DNA of 25,448 nucleotides from a virus. Taxonomy: Duplodnaviria > Caudoviricetes. The DNA is taken from positions 1-25,448 of IMG/VR virus record IMGVR_UViG_3300037786_000034, one strand, 5' to 3'. The position numbers and the translations under genes were made by a program. A model generated the notes under the pieces. The model was not told where the DNA came from and ran no database searches. It saw nothing but the letters and a program-made list of their open reading frames with translations. This document shows, in pieces, positions 1-7,146 of this stretch (the first letter of the stretch is position 1; every line of letters starts with the position of its first letter).

Positions 1-11
1 CCCCCTCCCAT

Positions 12-63
12 GGTTCCTCCCTGGCCCTTTGCGTATACGGGGGGGCGCAGCGCGCAAGTTTTC
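12..63 (+). other. candidate cosQ/cosN packaging (cohesive-end) site
   Basis: GGTTCCT (12-18) ... TATACG-GGGGGGCGCAGC-GCGCAAGTTTTC resembles lambda cosQ GGGTCCT ... TTACG^GGGCGGCGACCT-CGCGGGTTTTC in sequence and approximate spacing. The prophage encodes a lambda GpA-type terminase. Confidence 0.55.
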
Positions 64-85
64 TAGCGACTTGGATTTTCACGGG

Positions 86-246
86 GGAATCCACCTAGAA
101 GCCAGTTGCGCTGGCGTAGCCGAGATTTTGACTCATTTTCAACGACTTGCGCACTGACCGCCTACGGCAGGGTGGATTCCGACTGGAATCCAAGGAATCC
201 ACCCATCGGAGTCCAGAGACCGCGGAAGCCACTCCCGGCAGCCACC
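86..246. repeat. cluster of about 8 GGAATCCAC/GGAAGCCAC-like motifs, direct and inverted (cosB-like)
   Basis: Copies at 86-95, 97-104, 170-180 (inverted), 185-192, 194-204, 208-215, 224-232 and 237-246. GGGTGGATTCC (170-180) and GGAATCCACCC (194-204) form a perfect 11-bp inverted repeat. Confidence 0.75.
137..149 (+). promoter_or_regulatory. IHF-like binding site
   Basis: TTTCAACGACTTG matches WATCAANNNNTTR with one mismatch and lies between the repeat copies, as I1 does in lambda cosB. Confidence 0.45.
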
Positions 247-340
247 TTCGTCAAGGCGACCCGAAGCCTTTGATTCAACGTCACAAAATGGATTGACATT
301 TCTAGCCCCCTTGACGTACCAAAGAACCATCGGAGATTTG

Positions 341-376
341 CGCCCGGAGGATCCCCCTCGCGGGCGTTTTCATTTT
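341..376 (+). terminator. intrinsic terminator-like hairpin upstream of the methyltransferase
   Basis: CGCCCG-GAGG/CCTC-G-CGGGCG stem followed by TTTTCATTTT. TTGACA (293-298) and TTGACG (311-316) lie just upstream. Confidence 0.5.
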
Positions 377-401
377 CCCCCATCATCCCGAGCACCTCCC
401 C

Positions 402-1664
402 ATGGACCTCGTCTTCGCGCCGAGCCAGATCGAGACTTGGCCTCTCGACCGGCTGCGCCCCTATGCCCGCAATGCCAAGATGCATGGCGACGACCAGGTC
501 GCGAAGATCGCGGCCAGCATGGCCAAGTTCGGCTGGACGGTACCCTGCATGGTAGCCGACGATGGCGAGCTGATCGCAGGCCATGGCCGAGTGCTGGCTG
601 CGACGATGCTGGGACTGACCGAGGTGCCGGTGATCCGGCTCGGCCATCTCGACGAGGCCGAACGCCGAGCCTATCGGATCGCCGACAACAAGCTGACCGA
701 GCTTGGCGAATGGGACGAGGCGATGCTGCGTGATGAGATCGCAGGGCTATTGGCGGAAGACTTCGACCTCGATCTCCTGGGCTTTTCGGATGAGGATCTG
801 GATGCCCTTCTGCAGGATCCAGAGGCGGTAAGCGACGATGGGGCCGTTGAGGGTGAGGATGATATCCCAGAGCCGCCGGTTAACCCTGTGTCGGTTGCAG
901 GCGACCTTTGGCAACTTGGATCACATCGGCTGATCTGCGGCGACAGCACCTCGGCCGACGTGGTCGGGCGGCTGCTGGGTGATGTGCGGCCCCTCCTCAT
1001 GGTCACTGACCCGCCCTATGGCGTGGAATACGATCCGTCCTGGCGCAACCAGGCGGGGGCCGCCAAGACGAAGCGCACCGGCAAGGTGCTGAACGACGAC
1101 CGCGCAGATTGGCGCGAGGCCTGGTCCCTCTTCCCCGGCGATGTCGCCTATATCTGGCACGGTGCGCTGCATGCTGCGACCGTGGCCGACAGTCTGATCG
1201 CCGCGGGTTTCGCCATTCGCTCGCAGATCATCTGGGCCAAAGACCGGCTGGTGCTCAGCCGCGGAGATTATCACTGGCAGCATGAACCCTGCTGGTATGC
1301 CGTGCGCGTAAAAGGCAAAGGGCACTGGGCGGGCGATCGCAAGCAGACCACGCTCTGGCAGATCGCCAACCGCGATCAAGATGCCGACACCGTACATGGC
1401 ACGCAGAAGCCGGTCGAATGCATGCGGCGGCCGATCTTGAACAACTCGAGTCCCGGCCAGGCGGTCTATGAACCCTTCATGGGATCGGGCACCACACTGA
1501 TCGCGGCCGAGACGACCGGCCGCGTCTGCCTTGGAATCGAGTTGAACCCGACCTATGTCGATGTCGCCATCGAGCGCTGGCAATCTTTCACGGGCCAGGA
1601 GGCTGTTCTGGTCGATAGCGGCGAGACGTTCTCGGCGCTGAAATCCCAGAGGCTGGCGGCGTGA
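402..1664 (+). CDS. ParB/Srx N-terminal domain fused to an N6-adenine/N4-cytosine DNA methyltransferase (beta class)
   Basis: N-terminal LRPYARNAKMH...FGWTVP...IAGHGR...YRIADNKL (ParB-like), an acidic linker, then catalytic TDPPY followed by HGTQKP and the SAM-binding EPFMGSGTT. Confidence 0.93.
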   Translation: MDLVFAPSQIETWPLDRLRPYARNAKMHGDDQVAKIAASMAKFGWTVPCMVADDGELIAGHGRVLAATMLGLTEVPVIRLGHLDEAERRAYRIADNKLTELGEWDEAMLRDEIAGLLAEDFDLDLLGFSDEDLDALLQDPEAVSDDGAVEGEDDIPEPPVNPVSVAGDLWQLGSHRLICGDSTSADVVGRLLGDVRPLLMVTDPPYGVEYDPSWRNQAGAAKTKRTGKVLNDDRADWREAWSLFPGDVAYIWHGALHAATVADSLIAAGFAIRSQIIWAKDRLVLSRGDYHWQHEPCWYAVRVKGKGHWAGDRKQTTLWQIANRDQDADTVHGTQKPVECMRRPILNNSSPGQAVYEPFMGSGTTLIAAETTGRVCLGIELNPTYVDVAIERWQSFTGQEAVLVDSGETFSALKSQRLAA

Positions 1665-1876
1665 TGCAGTCGCGCCGCCTCTCCTTGATCGAGGCCATCA
1701 CCAATGTCCTGGTGGGATACGCGCTGGCGGTAGCCACGCAATTGGTGGTGTTTCCGTGGTTCGACTTGAACCCGAGCCTTGGCGAAAACCTGGCGCTGGG
1801 CTTGGTCTTTACCGCGATCTCGTTGATCCGCGGCTACGCGCTGCGCAGACTGTTCACGCGGTTCGAGCGCAAATGA
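1661..1876 (+). CDS. small two-TM phage membrane protein (DUF7220-like)
   Basis: GTGA overlap with the methyltransferase stop; two hydrophobic segments; QSRRLSLIEAITNV...RGYALRRLF pattern. Confidence 0.8.
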   Translation: MMQSRRLSLIEAITNVLVGYALAVATQLVVFPWFDLNPSLGENLALGLVFTAISLIRGYALRRLFTRFERK

Positions 1877-1901
1877 AAAAGGACCAGCCGAAGCTGGTCC
1901 T
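1876..1901 (-). terminator. rho-independent terminator, minus strand
   Basis: Minus strand reads AGGACCAGC-TTCG-GCTGGTCCT-TTTT: a perfect 9-bp stem, UUCG loop and U-tract. Confidence 0.8.
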
Positions 1902-2020
1902 GAGTTGAGGCAGATTTGCAGCGAGCAGGTCCGCAAATCGAGAAGGTCAACAGGCGGTTAACCTGAGAAGCCTTGTCTGCCATAGAGTTTCGATTCGCAA
2001 GGACGGATCAACATATAGAC

Positions 2021-2044
2021 AAAAATTGAGGGCATACCCCCTCA
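2021..2044 (-). terminator. terminator-like hairpin at the end of the DUF3489-like gene
   Basis: Minus strand reads TGAGGG-GGTATG-CCCTCA-ATTTTT, starting at the stop codon. Confidence 0.45.
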
Positions 2045-2626
2045 TATTGATCCGCGGATGTGATAAATCCGCCCGCGCTGCGCGTCTGAGCTCGTGGCGA
2101 CATCGAAGCCGAGCTTCTTCTTCAACCCGCCCGAGATCATGCCTCTGGCGGAATGCGGCGCCCAACCCGTTGCCTCGACGATTTCGCCGATGGACGCCCC
2201 CTCGGGCCGCTGCAAGAGCGCGATGATCTGCGCCTGCTTGGTGCCGGCACGGATAGCCACCGGCTTCGACGTGTCGGCATCGGGTGATATTTCGGCGGGC
2301 TCCCTTGCCGCCGAGGCCAGCTCCAGCTTCGACTTGCGCAGATTGCTCATGGTCGTCGCGACGACGGGCTCGATGCCGATCGCGGCAAGGCCAGCTTCGG
2401 TCGCGACCAGCGTGATACCGTGACCATCGCCGGTCTCGCGCCAGAGCGGATCGCCACGACGCAGATTGGCCTCGACCTCTTCGAGCCAGCCGCGTTCGAT
2501 CATCTTGGCCACCGCCATCTTCGCGGCAGCACCGGCCAGCCCTTCAAGCAGCGGCATGGCGAGATTGTCGGGGCGCGTGGCCGCGCGGCTGAGAATGATG
2601 GACTGTGTATCGGTGAGTTTGGGCAT
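2042..2626 (-). CDS. DUF3489-domain protein (C-terminal winged-helix-like region)
   Basis: MPKLTDTQSIILSRAA N-terminus and GTKQAQIIALLQRPEGASIGEIVEATGWAPHSARGMISG..KKKLG..RIYHI C-terminus; SD AGGAGG upstream. Confidence 0.85.
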   Translation of the reverse strand: MPKLTDTQSIILSRAATRPDNLAMPLLEGLAGAAAKMAVAKMIERGWLEEVEANLRRGDPLWRETGDGHGITLVATEAGLAAIGIEPVVATTMSNLRKSKLELASAAREPAEISPDADTSKPVAIRAGTKQAQIIALLQRPEGASIGEIVEATGWAPHSARGMISGGLKKKLGFDVATSSDAQRGRIYHIRGSI

Positions 2627-2663
2627 CTTGGCCTCCTGTCGTGATGGGGATGTCGGGGATGGG

Positions 2664-3065
2664 TCAGTCGCTCTCGGCCATCGCGGCCTCGACTGCGAAG
2701 TGCTGCACCCAGCCCGTCATGTAAGGCAGCCCTGCGGGGATACCCTCGGAGCGTTCTGTAGCACGATCGATGCGCCAGCCCTGCCAGCGGCGGATCACGG
2801 AGTCGATGGCAGCCTCGAGCCCGATATTGCAGCCCGTTATGTTGTCGACGACATCATCGGCGACGTGGCGGCCCATGCGACTGTCGAGAAAGTCGCGAAT
2901 GCCGATCATCTCGTCCTCGCTGCTGGCGCCTATGGCCTCGGCGATCAGGCGCGAGGCGAGGTTCCAGACCTCCGCGCTGCGACGGTCGCGCTCAGGGCAG
3001 ACGGTCAGGGTGCGGAAGAAGCCGTAATCCTCGTTGCGGCTGGGAAGGCAGGGATGCGTGGTCAT
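2664..3065 (-). CDS. hypothetical phage protein (133 aa)
   Basis: Start trimmed to MTTHPCLPSRNEDYGFF, which has an SD (GAGGA) upstream; contains IRDFLDSRMGRHVAD; co-directional with its neighbours. Confidence 0.75.
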   Translation of the reverse strand: MTTHPCLPSRNEDYGFFRTLTVCPERDRRSAEVWNLASRLIAEAIGASSEDEMIGIRDFLDSRMGRHVADDVVDNITGCNIGLEAAIDSVIRRWQGWRIDRATERSEGIPAGLPYMTGWVQHFAVEAAMAESD

Positions 3066-3120
3066 GGTCGGAATCCTCGTGATGGGGGCTGGCGGAGCGC
3101 TGAGCCCCGCCGGTTGGGTT

Positions 3121-3462
3121 TCAAGCGGCGCTGCGAGCTTCGAGCGTCGCGATGTGGCTCCGCAGCGTTGCGGCCTCTTCGCGCGCAGCGTCGGCCCAGA
3201 AGGCAGCGCGGGCGTTGCAGGCGCGAGCAAGGCGCTCGGCATCCTCACGGGTGAAGCGGTTGACCTTATGTGCGCGCCCATGACCCGTGCAGGTGGCGAG
3301 ATGCTTGCCGCCTTCAGGCGTCAGCGTGAAGGTCAGGGGTCCGAAGTCGTCAATGACGATCCAGCTGTGCGAGGCGATCATGGCGCAGGCGCTGGGCGCG
3401 AGGCGTGCTTCGATCTCTTCAGCGGCGGCGCGGAAGTTGGCGATCAGGGTGGAGGTGGTCAT
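3121..3462 (-). CDS. hypothetical phage protein (113 aa)
   Basis: ORF follows an AT-richer promoter-like gap with SD-like GAAAGG; protein-like, Ala-rich composition. Confidence 0.7.
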   Translation of the reverse strand: MTTSTLIANFRAAAEEIEARLAPSACAMIASHSWIVIDDFGPLTFTLTPEGGKHLATCTGHGRAHKVNRFTREDAERLARACNARAAFWADAAREEAATLRSHIATLEARSAA

Positions 3463-3564
3463 GGCGTGGGCCTTTCAGGTGAGTTGCATCGTCTTGGTGC
3501 AATCACAATCGCTCTGACGAGCCGATTAACGTAGCAAAATCAGAGCAATAACCTTGCTATATGA

Positions 3565-3849
3565 TCACTCGGCAGAGGCCGTCGCATCGACCCACACCCC
3601 ATCTTGCCAGACATAGAGATAAGATAGCTCGCAGGTCGGGCGCGGCAGGATGCGAGGCACTCGGGGCGGGTCGAAGCAGTCGAGTTCATCGGCGCGGACT
3701 TGCCGGATTTCGCGAGCGGCGAGGATGTCCTCGGGCGTCCACGCCGCCAACGCCGGCAGCATGTGCTCGGGGTAACCATCAAAGTGCGTATAGATGTGGG
3801 CCCATTTTTCGGGACCGATCTGGATGGCGATTTGTGCACGCGTGCTCAT
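3565..3849 (-). CDS. hypothetical phage protein with YxHxDGYP motif (94 aa)
   Basis: MSTRAQIAIQ...HIYTHFDGYPEH...YLYVWQDGVW; SD AAGGAGG before the ATG at 3849. Confidence 0.8.
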   Translation of the reverse strand: MSTRAQIAIQIGPEKWAHIYTHFDGYPEHMLPALAAWTPEDILAAREIRQVRADELDCFDPPRVPRILPRPTCELSYLYVWQDGVWVDATASAE

Positions 3850-3860
3850 CCTGCCCTCCT

Positions 3861-4091
3861 TCAAATGAGTTGCAGGCTGGCCAGCAGGGCGCTGGCAGCG
3901 GCAAGCTGGGTGGTCGGAAGTTCGATCTTGATGTGGGAGATCACATCGGAGGCTTCGGCTGAGATGCCACCATCGCGCAGGGCAGCCTCGATGGCCTCTG
4001 CAACATCATCGGGCCGCGAGCGGTCAAACTGGTTGGATAAGGTGTCGTGGTCGATGCGGAGGGTACTGATCGCGTTCATGGCAATGCTCAC
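3861..4091 (-). CDS. hypothetical protein (76 aa)
   Basis: 4-nt overlap with the upstream gene; tight operon packing. Confidence 0.7.
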   Translation of the reverse strand: MSIAMNAISTLRIDHDTLSNQFDRSRPDDVAEAIEAALRDGGISAEASDVISHIKIELPTTQLAAASALLASLQLI

Positions 4092-4270
4092 TTCTGCTGT
4101 TCAATCAGCGCGAGGAGGACCGCCGCCATGCCGCCCAGATATTCGCTGCGGCGGAACACGATCTCGTCGATGTGGCAGGCGTTGTCGATCGCGGGGTCAA
4201 CCAGGAGATCGTCTGACATGTGCGGCATCAGGCGTTTGGCTTCGGCGTTGTAGCGGGTGGCAAGGGTCAT
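4088..4270 (-). CDS. hypothetical protein (60 aa)
   Basis: SD GGAGA upstream; first gene after the AT-rich divergent intergenic region. Confidence 0.7.
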   Translation of the reverse strand: MTLATRYNAEAKRLMPHMSDDLLVDPAIDNACHIDEIVFRRSEYLGGMAAVLLALIEQQK

Positions 4271-4391
4271 CTGTGTTTCTCCAATCAGGCAATTTGCTTG
4301 ATATGAGAATCGCTCTTAGCCGAAGTGTAATCAATTCAAATAGACAGTTTTTGCTGTTTATTTTCAATGTTTTGAGGTCAATCCAACCGCC
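4271..4391. promoter_or_regulatory. AT-rich divergent promoter region
   Basis: Clearly AT-rich gap between divergent genes; shares AATCGCTCT (4308-4316) with the 3463-3560 gap (3507-3515). Confidence 0.6.
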
Positions 4392-4946
4392 ATGGAAGGT
4401 ATGTCAGAACGCGCCTATGCCGAGCATGCTGGAATCTCCCGCGGGGCTGTTCAGAAGGCCCGAAAGACCGGTCGGCTGGTGCTTTTTGCAGACGGGTCTA
4501 TCAACGCGGTGGCCTCAGATGCGCGGCGTGGGGCTGCCACCGATCCGGATCAACAGATGCGCTCACGTAGTGGGTTTGGTGCAGCTGGTGACGGTCCGGC
4601 AGTCTCCGGCCCCGGCGACAGCACGTCCTACATTAAGGCCCGGACGGCGCTAACCGTCTATCAGGCTCAGGAGCGTCAGCTCTCGATCCAAAAGAAAAAG
4701 GGCGTGTTGGTGGATCGCGCGCGGGCCGAGACTCTGGTGTTTCGCCTGGCCCGCCAAGAGCGGGATCTTTGGGTCACCTGGCCCACACGCGTGGCGGCGC
4801 TCATGGCCGCACACTTGTCCGCAGACATGGAGAAGGCATCCGGCAAGGCGGTGACGATCGAGACTGCAATCTTGCAGAGGGTGTTGGAAACCCATGTCCG
4901 AGAGCAGCTCGACGCCCTCGCAGACCTCAGGGTCTCGCTTGAATGA
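4392..4946 (+). CDS. terS: terminase small subunit (Nu1-like), putative
   Basis: N-terminal HTH-like MSERAYAEHAGISRGAVQKARKTGRL, a helical region with G-LVDR, and position directly before and overlapping terL. Confidence 0.75.
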   Translation: MEGMSERAYAEHAGISRGAVQKARKTGRLVLFADGSINAVASDARRGAATDPDQQMRSRSGFGAAGDGPAVSGPGDSTSYIKARTALTVYQAQERQLSIQKKKGVLVDRARAETLVFRLARQERDLWVTWPTRVAALMAAHLSADMEKASGKAVTIETAILQRVLETHVREQLDALADLRVSLE

Positions 4947-6933
4947 TGAGGAGAACACATCTGATCTGACTGAAGGCCTCGATCTCGCCTTTGACGGCGC
5001 CGAGGATATCCTGCGTGCCTGGCGCCGTGGGATGCGGCCCGACCTGGACCTGACCGTGTCTGAATGGGCAGATAAGCACAGGAAACTGTCCTCTCGGGCC
5101 TCAGCTGAACCCGGACAATACAGAACAGCCCGAACGCCCTATCTGCGCGCCATCATGGATGCGCTATCGCCAAACCACCCAGCCCAGCGCATCAGCTTCA
5201 TGAAGGCCGCCCAGGTCGGCGCAACGGAAGCCGGCAACAACTGGATCGGGTTTGTCATCCATCATGCGCCCGGCCCGATGCTCGCGGTGCTGCCCACGGT
5301 CGAGATGGCAAAGCGCACGTCGCGGGGCCGGATCGACCCGCTGATCGAGGACAGCCCGGCGCTGAAAGAGCGCGTGCAGCCTGCCCGTTCACGCGATGCG
5401 GGCAATTCGATGCTGTCGAAGGAGTTTCCCGGCGGCATTCTGGTGCTGACGGGAGCGAATTCGGCGACGGGCCTCCGCTCGATGCCTGCGCGCTACGTGT
5501 TTCTGGACGAGGTCGATGCTTATCCGGCTTCAGCTGACGAGGAAGGCGATCCGGTCAGCCTGGCAGAAGCACGAACCACAACCTTTGCGCATCGGCGCAA
5601 GGTGTTCATGGTCTCGACGCCCACGATCCGTGGGTTAAGCCGCATCGAGCGCGAGTTCGAAGCCAGTGACCAGCGGCGGTATTTCGTGCCCTGCCCGCAT
5701 TGTGGCCATATGCAATGGCTGCAGTTCGAGCGCCTGCGCTGGGCGAAGGGAAAACCGGAAACGGCAGCATATCACTGCGAGGGCTGCGAGCGCCCGATCG
5801 CCGAGCACCACAAGACGCATATGCTCGAGCGGGGCGAATGGCGGGCGACAGCGACCAGTGCCGATCCGAATGCGATCGGGTTCCATTTGTCCGCGCTCTA
5901 TTCACCGATCGGCTGGAAAAGCTGGGAGCAAATCGCGCGGGACTGGCTGGCTGCCCAGGGCTCGGACGAGATGCTGCGCGCGGCGCGGAACACCCTTCTA
6001 GGCGAGACCTGGGTCGAAAGCGGCGATGCGCCTGAATGGCAGCGGCTGGCGGACCGCCGTGAGGCATTCGCCGCACAGGTGCCCATGGGCGGGTTGTTCC
6101 TCACCGCCGGGGTCGATGTGCAAAAGGACCGCATCGAAGTCGATGTCTGGGCCTGGGGTCGTGGCCTGGAAAGCTGGCTGGTCGATCACATCGTCATTCC
6201 GGGTGGCCCTAGCGATCCCGCCTGTTGGCAGGCGCTGACGGACCTGCTGAACCGAACTTGGGTGCATGAGAACGGCGCGGTGATGCCGCTGGCCAAGCTG
6301 GCGATCGACACCGGGTATGAGACCTCCGCAGTCTACGCCTGGGCACGCGCGCAGGGCATTGCGCAGGTGGCGCCAGTGAAAGGTCTCGAAGGCTTCAATC
6401 GGGCAACACCGGTGTCCGGCCCAACCTTTGTCGATGCCACGGTGAATGGGCGAAAACTCAAGCGCGGGGCGCGGCTCTGGACGGTGGCCACCGCCACGTT
6501 CAAAGCCGAGACCTATCGCTATCTCCGGCTTGAGCGGCCCTCCAATGAGGACCGTGCCTCGGGCGCGCCCAACCCGGCGGGTATGGTCCACCTGCCCGAC
6601 TGGGCGGACAGCGAATGGCTGAAGCAGCTGGTGGCTGAACAGCTGGTCACGATCCGCAACAAGCGCGGCTATGCCCGGCAGGAATGGCAGAAAATGCGCG
6701 AGCGCAACGAGGCGCTGGACACAAGGGTCTATGCCCGGGCGGCCGCGTGGATCCTCGGCGCCGACCGCTTTGATGAGCGGATGTGGCGGCAGTTGGAGAA
6801 GCAGGCAGGCGTGGAGACGGCTGCCACTTCGCAAACGGCCGAGCCCGATAAATCGACCGAACCGCAAGCGGGGCGGATCGCATCGCCCCGGCGGCGCGGC
6901 TGGAAGATCAGCACGCCAAAATACATGGAATGA
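4939..6933 (+). CDS. terL: terminase large subunit, lambda GpA family
   Basis: TVSEWAD, RTPYL, MKAAQVGATE (Walker A-like), VFLDEVD (Walker B), STPT, CPHC/CEGC, TAGVDVQ nuclease motif and RNEALD. Start uncertain: the longest ORF begins at 4894; TTG 4939 overlaps the terS stop. Confidence 0.95.
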   Translation: MNDEENTSDLTEGLDLAFDGAEDILRAWRRGMRPDLDLTVSEWADKHRKLSSRASAEPGQYRTARTPYLRAIMDALSPNHPAQRISFMKAAQVGATEAGNNWIGFVIHHAPGPMLAVLPTVEMAKRTSRGRIDPLIEDSPALKERVQPARSRDAGNSMLSKEFPGGILVLTGANSATGLRSMPARYVFLDEVDAYPASADEEGDPVSLAEARTTTFAHRRKVFMVSTPTIRGLSRIEREFEASDQRRYFVPCPHCGHMQWLQFERLRWAKGKPETAAYHCEGCERPIAEHHKTHMLERGEWRATATSADPNAIGFHLSALYSPIGWKSWEQIARDWLAAQGSDEMLRAARNTLLGETWVESGDAPEWQRLADRREAFAAQVPMGGLFLTAGVDVQKDRIEVDVWAWGRGLESWLVDHIVIPGGPSDPACWQALTDLLNRTWVHENGAVMPLAKLAIDTGYETSAVYAWARAQGIAQVAPVKGLEGFNRATPVSGPTFVDATVNGRKLKRGARLWTVATATFKAETYRYLRLERPSNEDRASGAPNPAGMVHLPDWADSEWLKQLVAEQLVTIRNKRGYARQEWQKMRERNEALDTRVYARAAAWILGADRFDERMWRQLEKQAGVETAATSQTAEPDKSTEPQAGRIASPRRRGWKISTPKYME

Positions 6934-6936
6934 TGA

Positions 6937-7146
6937 ATGACCCTCGACGAGCTAAAACTCCGCCACAGCGCGCTCTTGGCCGCGCGCTACAGCGGCACGC
7001 GGTCGGTCAGCTATGACGGCAAGACCGTAAACTACGGGACCGACGCCGAGCTTGCCGCGGCCATAGGCGATGTCGAACGGCGCATTGCCAAGCTCGAGCG
7101 CGGCGCTGGGCGTGTGCTCCGGCCCTTTGCTGTGAAAGATCTGTGA
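6937..7146 (+). CDS. gpW-like head-tail joining/head completion protein
   Basis: 69 aa between terL and portal; G-RSVSYDGKTVNY...EL pattern. Confidence 0.85.
   Translation: MTLDELKLRHSALLAARYSGTRSVSYDGKTVNYGTDAELAAAIGDVERRIAKLERGAGRVLRPFAVKDL

Noticed and set aside
86-246. CRISPR array or replication iterons
   Set aside because: Repeats are only 8-11 bp, irregularly spaced and in mixed orientation; no cas or rep gene in the window.
3066-3281. N-terminal extension of ORF 2664-3281
   Set aside because: Overlaps gene 3121-3462 and an intercistronic hairpin (3085-3108); the SD supports ATG 3065.
2466-4653. Long plus-strand ORFs (2466-3254, 3700-4653) and the many antisense ORFs across the structural genes
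   Set aside because: Shadow frames typical of high-GC DNA: Arg/Ser/Pro-rich and overlapping better-supported genes.
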